IMG/VR virus record: IMGVR_UViG_3300044675_001378
Length of the DNA stretch: 64,000 nucleotides
Reading direction: 5' to 3' (one strand)
Source: an uncultured virus (IMG/VR IMGVR_UViG_3300044675_001378)
Lineage: Duplodnaviria; Heunggongvirae; Uroviricota; Caudoviricetes
Positions 25,874 to 34,934 of this stretch are shown here, piece after piece (the first letter of the stretch is position 1; every line of letters starts with the position of its first letter). A model generated the notes under the pieces. That model ran no database searches, was not told the origin of the DNA, and was given only the letters and a program-made list of their open reading frames with translations. The position numbers were made by a program, and so were the translations under genes.

Positions 25874-26336
25874 TCCGATTACAGCCCTTGCAGGCATACA
25901 GGCAGCAGTTGCGCTCATCAAGAAGGTCAGCAAAACCGTTGACGATGTGTCGTCTCTTGGGCCTGTCCTTGGCAAGTACTTTGACGCAAAGTCCACCGCC
26001 ACCAAGGCGGTTGTTCAGGCCAAGAAGTCCAAGTCATCAATGGGCACGGCCATCCAGATCGAGATGGCGCTCGACCAAGCTAGACGGTTTGAAGATGAGT
26101 TGCAACTCCTGTTCATGCAGGCGGGGAAAATAGACGTCTGGAACCGCATAAAGTCCAGAGCAGCGGCGATGGATGTGGAGTCTGCCCATGATGCGCGGCG
26201 GGAGCGTGAGTCTGCGGTCAAGCGCAAGCAAGAGATGGATGAGGTTGTTGAGTTGGCCTTGCTGGCAGTTATCTTTTTTAGCTTAGTCGGGGTGATCTTA
26301 TATTTCACTATTGGCATCCTTGAGCAGCAAAGATGA
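25866..26336 (+). CDS. membrane protein, lysis region
   Basis: MIDPIT start, C-terminal TM helix. Confidence 0.75.
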   Translation: MIDPITALAGIQAAVALIKKVSKTVDDVSSLGPVLGKYFDAKSTATKAVVQAKKSKSSMGTAIQIEMALDQARRFEDELQLLFMQAGKIDVWNRIKSRAAAMDVESAHDARRERESAVKRKQEMDEVVELALLAVIFFSLVGVILYFTIGILEQQR

Positions 26337-26941
26337 GTGACGAGCGTTTAAACCTAGTTGACAAAGTGCTGGCGTATGTCAGCAGCCCGTTCCGTCTCTT
26401 TGCAATGGTGCTGATGGCCGTGCTCACGTTTGCTGGCTACTTTGTATATACAAACCAAGAGTTGTTGATAGGGGCGTACAAAGAGTCCAGAAAGATTCCC
26501 AGCATTGCCGAAGACCGCGTAGAAGACGCAGCAGCCCATCTGTTTAAACAGTCTGGCGCACAGATCGTGGCGGTGTTCAAGGTCAACTCAATGTTTGGCA
26601 CACGCATCCTGCACCGGGCCTACGCCAAGGACGGCAGGGACAAGACAAACGACGGGCTGGACGTGGGGCTGTTTACACAGAACGCAGGCAACAATTCGGA
26701 TGTGGTCAAGCTCATGGCTAACGAGATTCCGTGCAGCGAGTACAAGTCAGCGCAGTCGGAAATGGGTTTGTGGTACATCGCCAAGGGCGTTACCTATACG
26801 TGCCGTATCAGTGTGCCACCGGAACCGGGCAGATTTGTTGGGCAAATCACCGTTGGCTGGGCTACCCAGCCTGAAGACATGGACAGCACCCGCGCCATGC
26901 TTCAAATTGCAGCAACCATGCTTTCAAGGAGTAAACAGTAA
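26333..26941 (+). CDS. membrane-anchored protein, lysis region
   Basis: N-terminal TM helix plus soluble domain (CRISVPP..GQITVGW). Confidence 0.7.
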   Translation: MSDERLNLVDKVLAYVSSPFRLFAMVLMAVLTFAGYFVYTNQELLIGAYKESRKIPSIAEDRVEDAAAHLFKQSGAQIVAVFKVNSMFGTRILHRAYAKDGRDKTNDGLDVGLFTQNAGNNSDVVKLMANEIPCSEYKSAQSEMGLWYIAKGVTYTCRISVPPEPGRFVGQITVGWATQPEDMDSTRAMLQIAATMLSRSKQ

Positions 26942-27438
26942 TGGATTGGCTTAAACAAATCGCGCCCACAATTGCCACGGCAATGGGCGGTCCACTGGCG
27001 GGGATGGCTGTCTCGGCTATCTCCAAGGCAATCGGCGTAGACCCCGACAAAGTGGGCGACCTGATCTCCAGCAACAAGCTGTCCGCCGAGCAGATTGCTC
27101 AAGTCAAGATCGCTGAGATCGAGTTGCAGAAACAAGCGCAGGAGCTTGGCCTCAACTTTGAAAAGCTGTCTGTAGAAGACAGGAAGTCTGCACGGGACAT
27201 GCAAGCCGCCACGAGGTCAATTGTTCCCCCGGCCTTGGCCGCAATCATCACGGTTGGGTTCTTTGGCATTTTGGGCATGATGCTTTTTGGCAAGGTTGAC
27301 GGCAGCAACCCAACGATCTTGATGATGCTGGGCAGTTTGTCCACCGCTTGGACAGGCATCATTGCTTACTACTTCGGCTCCTCTGCTGGCTCACAGGCCA
27401 AGACAGACCTTCTTTCTAAGGCTCCGGCAATCAAATGA
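26941..27438 (+). CDS. putative holin (3TM-holin-like)
   Basis: APTIATAMGGPLAG, DRKSARDM, two C-terminal TMs, YYFGSS; adjacent to endolysin. Confidence 0.7.
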   Translation: MDWLKQIAPTIATAMGGPLAGMAVSAISKAIGVDPDKVGDLISSNKLSAEQIAQVKIAEIELQKQAQELGLNFEKLSVEDRKSARDMQAATRSIVPPALAAIITVGFFGILGMMLFGKVDGSNPTILMMLGSLSTAWTGIIAYYFGSSAGSQAKTDLLSKAPAIK

Positions 27439-27857
27439 CACCACACTTTACCCTCGCGGAACTGACCGTTACAAATCACCGTCAGTTTGACAACACGCCA
27501 AACGAAGCCGAGACAGCCAACTTGCAACGGCTTGCTGAGTTCTTGGAGCAGGTAAAAACTGTGCTGGGCGGCAAGCCGATTATGATTAACAGCGCCTTCC
27601 GGTCAAAGCAAGTCAACGACAGCGTTGGCTCCAAAGACACGAGCCAGCATAGAATTGGTTGCGCGGCAGACTTCCGTGTTCCCGGGATGACTCCCGATGC
27701 TGTGGTACGTGCAGTGATTGCTGCGGGTTTACCCTTTGACCAAATTATCCGTGAGTTTGATTCTTGGACGCATATCAGTGTGACAAACACACCGGACGGA
27801 ACCCCACGTAAGCAGGCGCTTATCATTGATAAAGCGGGCACTCGACCTTTTGCCTGA
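27435..27857 (+). CDS. endolysin, peptidase M15A family
   Basis: HFTLAEL, INSAFRS, SQH..GCAAD, WTHIS zinc motifs. Confidence 0.85.
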   Translation: MTPHFTLAELTVTNHRQFDNTPNEAETANLQRLAEFLEQVKTVLGGKPIMINSAFRSKQVNDSVGSKDTSQHRIGCAADFRVPGMTPDAVVRAVIAAGLPFDQIIREFDSWTHISVTNTPDGTPRKQALIIDKAGTRPFA

Positions 27858-27875
27858 TACGTGGGAAAATGAATC

Positions 27876-29789
27876 ATGCCTCTACAAAAACTCCAGCTAA
27901 GACCGGGAATCAACAAAGAGTCCACAACTCTGGCCAACGAGGGTACTTGGTTCGAGATGGACAAGGTGCGCTTTCGTTCAGGCTACCCCGAGAAAATTGG
28001 CGGTTGGACTCTCGATACCGGCACAACTAATTCTGCGCTGGCACCCCCTGCGGGGTCGTTTTGGGGCGTATGCCGCTCTTTGTTTAACTGGGTTACGCTG
28101 TCCGGCTACAACTTGTTGGGCGTTGGCACAAACCTCAAGTTTTATATTCAGAACGGCACCATTGGTATTTTTTACGACATCACACCTATCCGGCTTGTAG
28201 AGTCCGTAGCGGCTAATGCGTTTACTACCGTTAATGGTTCGACAACAGTTACGGTAAACGACACAAGCCACGGAGCCGCAACGGGCGACTTTGTAACAAT
28301 CTCAGGTGTCGGGGGAGCGATAAACGGCATTCCAGCAACAGCACTTAACCAAGAATTTAGACTCACGGTGCTAAGCGCCAATACGTACAGCATCGTTGTT
28401 TCTTCCCCGGCAAGCTCCTCGGGAACGACGGGCGCTGCCACGTTTACATATCAAATCTCCATTGGCCCTGAAATCTTTACAGCCCCAAACGGTTGGGGCG
28501 CAGGCGGCTGGGGTGGCGTTACTGGCTCGTCAACGCCGACAGGTTGGGGGTTGTCTGCCACAACGGGAATTGCTTCCCAGCTTCGTTTGTGGAGTCAGTC
28601 TAACTACGGCGAAGACTTGATCTTTAACCCACGGGGTGGTGGCCTGTATCTCTGGGAAACCAACGCCGACCCAAACATTTTTGACCGTGGCGTTCTGCTC
28701 ACTAGCGGGGATACCCCAGACGTTTGCAACTTTGTCATGGTGTCGGACGCTTCACGCTTTGTGATTGGGTTTGGTGTAAACGACTACGGCTCCGCCGTAC
28801 AAAACCCTATGTTGATACGCTGGTCAGACCAAGAAGACTACACCCAATGGACACCGGCTATCACCAACCAAGCTGGTAGTTTTACACTCAGTGACGGTTC
28901 TCAAATTATTACTGCTATGCAGTCGCGGCAAGAGATTTTGGTGTGGACAGACTCTGCGTTGTATTCCATGCAATACCTTGGCCCACCATACGTATGGGGT
29001 TTTCAACTTCTCGCCGACAACTTGTCTATTGTTGGCCCCAACGCAACATCTACAGCCAACAACATCGCCTACTGGATGGGCGTGGACAAGTTCTACATGT
29101 ATTCTGGACGGGTGGAAACCCTGTATTGTCCTCTTCGTCAGTATATTTTTAACGACATTAATCTATCCCAGTCATATCAGTTTTTCTCAGGTACCAACGA
29201 GGGGTACAACGAGATTTGGTGGTTTTACTGCTCCGCAAATTCAACAGCGGTTGACCGATACGTGATTTACAACCACTTGGAAAAAATCTGGTCTTACGGC
29301 ACCCTTGCAAGAACGGCGTGGCTTGACTCGCCGCTGCGAGCCTCGCCAATGGCTACAGGATATAACGGGCAGCTTATATACCATGAAAGCGGTGTAGACG
29401 ACGGCGCGACAAACCCGCCCACAGCCATTACGTCTTTCTGCCAATCTGCCGACATCAACATCGGGGACGGGCACAACTACGGCTTTGGTTATCGGATGAT
29501 CCCGGACGTTACGTTCAACGGCTCTACGGTGAACAACCCCGCAGTTACCTTTACGCTGCGGCCCCGGCAAAACCCCGGTTCGAATTACAGCGCATCGGCA
29601 ACCCCTGCGGTCACTAGTACGCAGAACTACCAGTCCACCCGCAATTACGAAGTGCAGCAGTTCACGGAGATCGTGTATGTACGTGTTCGTGGGCGTCAAA
29701 TGGCGTTCCGAATCAGCTCGAACACCCTTGGGGTGCAGTGGCAGTTGGGTGTGCCGTCCATTGATATACGCCCAGACGGACGGAGGTAA
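27876..29789 (+). CDS. tail stabilisation/tubular B (nozzle) protein
   Basis: 637 aa; DKVRFR.GYPEKIGGW, IRWSDQE, EIWWFY, RGRQMA. Confidence 0.75.
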   Translation: MPLQKLQLRPGINKESTTLANEGTWFEMDKVRFRSGYPEKIGGWTLDTGTTNSALAPPAGSFWGVCRSLFNWVTLSGYNLLGVGTNLKFYIQNGTIGIFYDITPIRLVESVAANAFTTVNGSTTVTVNDTSHGAATGDFVTISGVGGAINGIPATALNQEFRLTVLSANTYSIVVSSPASSSGTTGAATFTYQISIGPEIFTAPNGWGAGGWGGVTGSSTPTGWGLSATTGIASQLRLWSQSNYGEDLIFNPRGGGLYLWETNADPNIFDRGVLLTSGDTPDVCNFVMVSDASRFVIGFGVNDYGSAVQNPMLIRWSDQEDYTQWTPAITNQAGSFTLSDGSQIITAMQSRQEILVWTDSALYSMQYLGPPYVWGFQLLADNLSIVGPNATSTANNIAYWMGVDKFYMYSGRVETLYCPLRQYIFNDINLSQSYQFFSGTNEGYNEIWWFYCSANSTAVDRYVIYNHLEKIWSYGTLARTAWLDSPLRASPMATGYNGQLIYHESGVDDGATNPPTAITSFCQSADINIGDGHNYGFGYRMIPDVTFNGSTVNNPAVTFTLRPRQNPGSNYSASATPAVTSTQNYQSTRNYEVQQFTEIVYVRVRGRQMAFRISSNTLGVQWQLGVPSIDIRPDGRR

Positions 29790-29792
29790 GCC

Positions 29793-30065
29793 ATGAGCAA
29801 TCCTCTCGTCCGCGCTCCGCGTTTAGTAAGTCCACCGGCTGAATACAACCAACAGTATATGGAGGTGTTGCTTAGCTCCATACGTCTGTATTTCAACCAG
29901 TTGGACAACCCCGGAGACATAGCTGGGGCTGCGTTAAACTTGAACCTTGATACGCTCCCAACCGACGCTGATCTCGCTACTTTAAGGCTTGGCGACGTGT
30001 ACAGAGACACGCAGGATGGTGTGCAGGTAAATAGTCAAATGCTTCGCATAAAGACAGCACCATGA
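29793..30065 (+). CDS. small tail-associated hypothetical protein
   Basis: PPAEYNQQY..IRLYFNQLD. Confidence 0.7.
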   Translation: MSNPLVRAPRLVSPPAEYNQQYMEVLLSSIRLYFNQLDNPGDIAGAALNLNLDTLPTDADLATLRLGDVYRDTQDGVQVNSQMLRIKTAP

Positions 30066-30099
30066 TAAACTCGACCCACCCCCGATTTCAGAGGCAACC

Positions 30100-32064
30100 A
30101 TGAATCAAACTGCACAAGGACTCGCTGCGCTAGGTCGCGGGCCTGACACCATGCTGGTCCACATGGCCCCCGAAGAAGTCGCGGGTCTGCAAGCGCTTGC
30201 CCTGAAACACGGCGGCACGCTAACCATCAATCCAGAGACGGGTCTGGCAGAAGCAGGCTTCCTAAAAAGCATACTGCCGATGATTGCTGGTTTTGCGCTT
30301 GGCCCTGCCGGATTTGGGTTGTCTTCCGCTATGGCGGGCCTTACAGTCGGGGGCATTACTGCCCTTACTTCTAAGAGCTTGGAAAAGGGTTTGATGGCCG
30401 GTCTGGGCGCGTACGGCGGCTCCGGGCTTGGCGAAAGTCTAATGGGCGCAGGCACAAACGCGTTGTCCTCCGCTGGAGCTAACGCAGTTGTGCCCCCAGC
30501 CGCTGAATCAATTGTTCCCCAAGCGGTTGTACCAGAAAGTTTGGCAAATGTTGTCCCCGCTTCTAGCGCCGGAGCTACGGCGGGTATGCAGCCCCTAGCG
30601 GGCGTTCCGGGCAAGTTTGTAACCGACGCGTTGCCGCAGCCAGCAGTACCCGCAATCCCAACAACAACGCCAACAATTAGTCCAGCCGAGTTGGGTGGGA
30701 CCGGTGACTTTGCTCGTTTTGACCGCGCTTATAGCGCTGAGTTGGGTGCGCAAGCCGGACCTTCGACCGGCGATTTTGCACGTTTTGACCGAGCTTATAG
30801 CCCCGGCTTAGGTGCCAGCCAAACGGACAAACTCGGCGCGGGATTCAATGCCGTTACTGCCAGCCCCAGTGCCGCGTTGGAGTTTGCCAAAGCCAACAAA
30901 CTGCCGCTTGCTGCTCTTGGGATTGCTGCGCTCTCTGGCTCAGACGACAAAAATGTGCCTACTCTAACCAGTCCGGGTTTAATCCGCCCCTACACGTACT
31001 CCCGCACTAAGGTTCCCGGGGCTTTTGACCGCACGCCAAACGATCCGATGTCGTCCAGAGAGCGTCAGTATTTCAACGACCAGTACACCGCACTCACCCC
31101 CTACAAAGCCCCCGGCCCAGAGTACATGGCTGTGGGCGGTCCCGTTGAGGACATGTCAAACGGTAACGACATGGCTGCGTACATGGGGCAGGATAAGTTT
31201 GACCGAGGCGGTTCTGTTACGGGCACGGTAGGTGGCTACACATACAATCCTAGAACGGGGCTCTACACCAAACCCGGCGGGCAAGGAGCCACAACGGTTG
31301 CACCTACCGGGGGGCTTTCTGGGGCCAGTGGTTCGAGCGGTGGCGGGGATAATTCCCTCAACTACGTTAATCCTAACGTGGCTAAAGAAACTTTTGAAGA
31401 GCAAAGTGCGCGTAATCAGAAGCTCAACGATTTTCTGACAGAGGTATTGCCAACAGTACTTAGCCCCTTTTCCACAATGGCTCGCGGACTTTATGACACG
31501 CCTATAGCGGGGGGTATTGCCAATTTCTTCTCTCCCCCCGGAAGCATGCCTAATTTCAGTATTCCGGTGGATAACACGGGCACCTATGCGGGAATGCCTG
31601 CAATGGGCCAAACAAGCTACGAATCGGGCGTGGGTAACCCCGCAGAAGGTGGCGGTGGCTCCAATCAAGAAAGCTCTGGTTTTACATCTGGTGCAGACCC
31701 CGGTGGTTATGGCGGGGGTGATTTGGGTTCGTTTCTTGCTGGTGGCGGTCTAACTGCGCTGGCTCAAGGCGGCATCGCCAATCTCGGCGACTACTCCGAT
31801 GGCGGCAGACTTTTGCGCGGCCCCGGTGATGGCGTCTCGGACAGCATTCCCGCACGTATTGGGGCCAAACAAGAAGCCCGTCTTGCCGATGGTGAGTTTG
31901 TAGTCCCCGCACGCATTGTGTCTGAGCTGGGTAACGGCTCGACTGAAGCTGGCGCTCGTCAGTTGTACGCCATGATGGACCGGGTGCAGAAAGCCCGCAA
32001 GAAAACAGTCGGCAAAGACAAAGTGGCAACGAACTCCCGCGCAGCAAAACTTCTGCCAGCATAA
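30100..32064 (+). CDS. internal virion/ejection protein with C-terminal GPG-SDSIPA-GEFV domain
   Basis: GRGPDTMLVHM..INPETGL N-terminus, Gly-rich TM-like segments, several hydrophobic-xxGG motifs. Confidence 0.75.
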   Translation: MNQTAQGLAALGRGPDTMLVHMAPEEVAGLQALALKHGGTLTINPETGLAEAGFLKSILPMIAGFALGPAGFGLSSAMAGLTVGGITALTSKSLEKGLMAGLGAYGGSGLGESLMGAGTNALSSAGANAVVPPAAESIVPQAVVPESLANVVPASSAGATAGMQPLAGVPGKFVTDALPQPAVPAIPTTTPTISPAELGGTGDFARFDRAYSAELGAQAGPSTGDFARFDRAYSPGLGASQTDKLGAGFNAVTASPSAALEFAKANKLPLAALGIAALSGSDDKNVPTLTSPGLIRPYTYSRTKVPGAFDRTPNDPMSSRERQYFNDQYTALTPYKAPGPEYMAVGGPVEDMSNGNDMAAYMGQDKFDRGGSVTGTVGGYTYNPRTGLYTKPGGQGATTVAPTGGLSGASGSSGGGDNSLNYVNPNVAKETFEEQSARNQKLNDFLTEVLPTVLSPFSTMARGLYDTPIAGGIANFFSPPGSMPNFSIPVDNTGTYAGMPAMGQTSYESGVGNPAEGGGGSNQESSGFTSGADPGGYGGGDLGSFLAGGGLTALAQGGIANLGDYSDGGRLLRGPGDGVSDSIPARIGAKQEARLADGEFVVPARIVSELGNGSTEAGARQLYAMMDRVQKARKKTVGKDKVATNSRAAKLLPA

Positions 32065-32081
32065 ATATTTGAGGAATCGAA

Positions 32082-33104
32082 ATGGCCGAACCAACACAAA
32101 CAAACATTACGCAGACAAGCATCCCCGACTATGCGAAGCCGTACGTTGAGGGCTTGCTGGGTAAGACCGAAGCGCTGACCGCCACCCCGTACCAGACCTA
32201 CGATGCCAACCGTATCGCCGGGTTTACCCCTATGCAGCAGCAGGCGTTCCAAGGCGCTCAAGGCATGCAGACTTCTGGCCTGTCTGGGCTTGGTGGTCAG
32301 TATGCGGGGGCAGCTACGCTGGGCGCTCTGGGCACGAACTACGGCCCAACTCAGTTCCAAGGCGGACAGTTCGGGCAGCAAGACGCGCAGCAGTACATGT
32401 CTCCGTACATGCAGAGTGTTGTTGACATCCAGCAGCGCGAAGCCCAGCGTCAAGCAGACATTGCCGGTACACAGCGAGGCGCTCAAGCCGTTAGATCGGG
32501 TGCGTTTGGCGGTGGTCGCCAAGCCATTATGGACGCCGAAGCTGCCCGGAATCTGGCCATGCAAAAGGGCGACATTCAAGCGCAAGGTTTGCAGTCCGCT
32601 TACCAGCAGGCGCAAGCCCAGTTCAACGCCGACCAAGCACGCCGCATGCAGGCGCAGCAGCTCGGAGAGCAATCCAAACAGTACGGCGCGGGTCTTGGCC
32701 TTCAAGGTCTTCAGACGGCGTTGCAGGGTGCGGGTCAGATGGGTCAGCTCGGCGGTCAGCAGTTTGCTCAGGGCATGGACATCAACAAGCTCCAGCAGTC
32801 TTACGGCACGCAGCAACAGCAGCAAGAGCAGAACATCATGTCGCAGCAGTATCAGGACTTCTTGAACCAGCAGAACTACCCGTACAAGCAGTTGGGCTTC
32901 ATGTCCGACATGCTGCGCGGCCTGCCGCTGTCGCAGTCGTCATCGCAGATTTATCAGGCCCCACCATCAGCCTTGTCCACAGCAGCGGGTCTGGGTACGG
33001 CAGCGCTCGGCGCGTCTAGACTTGGGATGTTTGGTGCCGCAGGCGGCGCGGTAATAGACCGACCTGCCGGTCTGGCTGAGCTGGCAATCTCAAGAATGGC
33101 GTAA
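32082..33104 (+). CDS. Gln/Gly-rich DNA ejection (pilot-like) protein
   Basis: YMSPYMQSVVD, GAFGGGRQA, YPYKQLGFMSD. Confidence 0.7.
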   Translation: MAEPTQTNITQTSIPDYAKPYVEGLLGKTEALTATPYQTYDANRIAGFTPMQQQAFQGAQGMQTSGLSGLGGQYAGAATLGALGTNYGPTQFQGGQFGQQDAQQYMSPYMQSVVDIQQREAQRQADIAGTQRGAQAVRSGAFGGGRQAIMDAEAARNLAMQKGDIQAQGLQSAYQQAQAQFNADQARRMQAQQLGEQSKQYGAGLGLQGLQTALQGAGQMGQLGGQQFAQGMDINKLQQSYGTQQQQQEQNIMSQQYQDFLNQQNYPYKQLGFMSDMLRGLPLSQSSSQIYQAPPSALSTAAGLGTAALGASRLGMFGAAGGAVIDRPAGLAELAISRMA

Positions 33105-33113
33105 GGGTAAACC

Positions 33114-34865
33114 ATGATTAACGTCAATCAGATCACTTCGCAACTGGCCCGGATGCCAGACCAAGCGTTGCAGCAGTACGCCATGATGCACAAGAACGAC
33201 CCGTACACGGTGTCGCTGGCGCTGTCCGAGTCTAACCGCCGCAAGCAGATGCGCGATGCCGCGCAGGGCCAGCAAGGTATGGCACCGCAGCCCAAAGTGG
33301 TCGATCAAGGTATTGCCGGTATGGCGGCACCGAGCGAAATGAACCCCGCTCAAATGGAAGCGCTGATGCAGCAGTTGGATCGGAAAAAAGAACAGGAATA
33401 CCGTGAGTTCACTAGGGGCGCGGCTCCGGCTCCGCAGCCCATGCCAGAAGATGTGGGTATCGGCGCTCTCCCAGCGCCCAACATGCAGGGCATGGCCGGT
33501 GGCGGCATCGTGGCTTTTGGTGGTGGCGGAGACGTGCAGCGGTTTGATGGTGGTGGTGCGGTTGACGCCGCTCGCGCTAGGCGAGACGCCGCGCAGCAAA
33601 CACTGTACACATACGGGCTTCGTCAGCGTAGGGATGATCCGCAGGGTTTTATGGCGGCACAAAACGAATTTAACACGGCGCAACAAGCTGTCGCCGCTGC
33701 GGAAGCTGCATATGCGGCAGAAATGTCCGGCACAGGCACCACACGAGCGGCAATGGGGGCGCAAGACGTTGGCGCAACCAAGCAATTTTCAACACTACCG
33801 GCAGTAGCTCCCGCAGTAGTACCCCCCGTAGCTGCTGCGCCGGGTGCTCCAACCCTCCGTTTCCCCCCTACTGCACCCCCCGCTTCCAGTGTTAAAACTC
33901 CCCCTGTTGCGGGTCCTCGTCCGGCTTCTGCTGCCAGTAATAAGCCCCCCGTTGCGCCTGTTGCTCCCGCCGCTCAAGCAGGGCTTGGCGATCTTGCCAC
34001 AACGTATTCGGACATCCTTAAAAAGCAGGACTTTAAAGACCCTGCCGAAGCAAGGCTGGGCGCTTTGGAAGCGAAGGAACGGGCTGCTACCGAAGAAAAC
34101 AAAGCTGCACTTTTGCGCGATCAAGCAAAATTTGACGACGCGTACAAGGGGCGTGAGAAACGCTTGTCTGACCGCGAATTGGACATTGGCAAGCAGAAAG
34201 ACACCAACACAGGTTTGGCGCTTTTGAACGCGGGTCTGTCCATCATGTCCACTCCGGGCGGATTGGCTACGGCTATTGGCAAGGGTGCGCAGGTTGGCAC
34301 CGCGCAGTTTGCTGCCGGTTTGGACAAGATTCGTTCCGCACAAGAGCGCTTAGACGATGCCAGAGACAAGATGGAGGACTTGAAGCTCAACCGTGCTGAG
34401 ATGTCCGCCAAGCAAATCCGAGATGCCGAAAAAGACATCCGCAATGTGGGCATCGACGCAGAGAAGCGCGGTATTGATGGCCTCCGTATGGCTGCTGATG
34501 TGAACCGCAGAACAGCGGCGGACATGTTTAAGGCTACTGTGGACGTAGGCGTCAACCGCGAACGGATGGAGTCCGCGCAAAACATTGCCGAGATGCAAGA
34601 AAAAGGACAAAGCTCACGGTCTGCTGCGCAGATTGCTGCTACGCTCAACACACCTGACCGGCTTATCTTCAATAAACTGCTCAAAGACAACAATAACGAT
34701 GCCGTCGCAGCCGCTACTGCGCTTCAAAAATTAAAAACTGAAAAGTTCAGCGTAACCACTTCTTACGCTGACTATTTGAAATCGTTTGCAGGCAAAGACA
34801 CTTTGACACCGCCCCTGTCTTTTGCCAACTATGCGGCACAATTTGGGGCTACCCTGCCGCGTTGA
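33114..34865 (+). CDS. internal virion/ejection protein
   Basis: 583 aa; MAGGGIVAFGGGG, coiled coils. Confidence 0.7.
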   Translation: MINVNQITSQLARMPDQALQQYAMMHKNDPYTVSLALSESNRRKQMRDAAQGQQGMAPQPKVVDQGIAGMAAPSEMNPAQMEALMQQLDRKKEQEYREFTRGAAPAPQPMPEDVGIGALPAPNMQGMAGGGIVAFGGGGDVQRFDGGGAVDAARARRDAAQQTLYTYGLRQRRDDPQGFMAAQNEFNTAQQAVAAAEAAYAAEMSGTGTTRAAMGAQDVGATKQFSTLPAVAPAVVPPVAAAPGAPTLRFPPTAPPASSVKTPPVAGPRPASAASNKPPVAPVAPAAQAGLGDLATTYSDILKKQDFKDPAEARLGALEAKERAATEENKAALLRDQAKFDDAYKGREKRLSDRELDIGKQKDTNTGLALLNAGLSIMSTPGGLATAIGKGAQVGTAQFAAGLDKIRSAQERLDDARDKMEDLKLNRAEMSAKQIRDAEKDIRNVGIDAEKRGIDGLRMAADVNRRTAADMFKATVDVGVNRERMESAQNIAEMQEKGQSSRSAAQIAATLNTPDRLIFNKLLKDNNNDAVAAATALQKLKTEKFSVTTSYADYLKSFAGKDTLTPPLSFANYAAQFGATLPR

Positions 34866-34934
34866 TTTTTGTAATAATAGGCAAGCGCTAAAACATTCGG
34901 GGTTGCGCCCCCCGATCACAATTTAAGAACTGCT

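Noticed and set aside
30700..30800. 36-bp repeat (TGDFARFDRAYS x2) as a mobile or regulatory element
   Set aside because: In-frame peptide duplication with synonymous divergence in a low-complexity linker.
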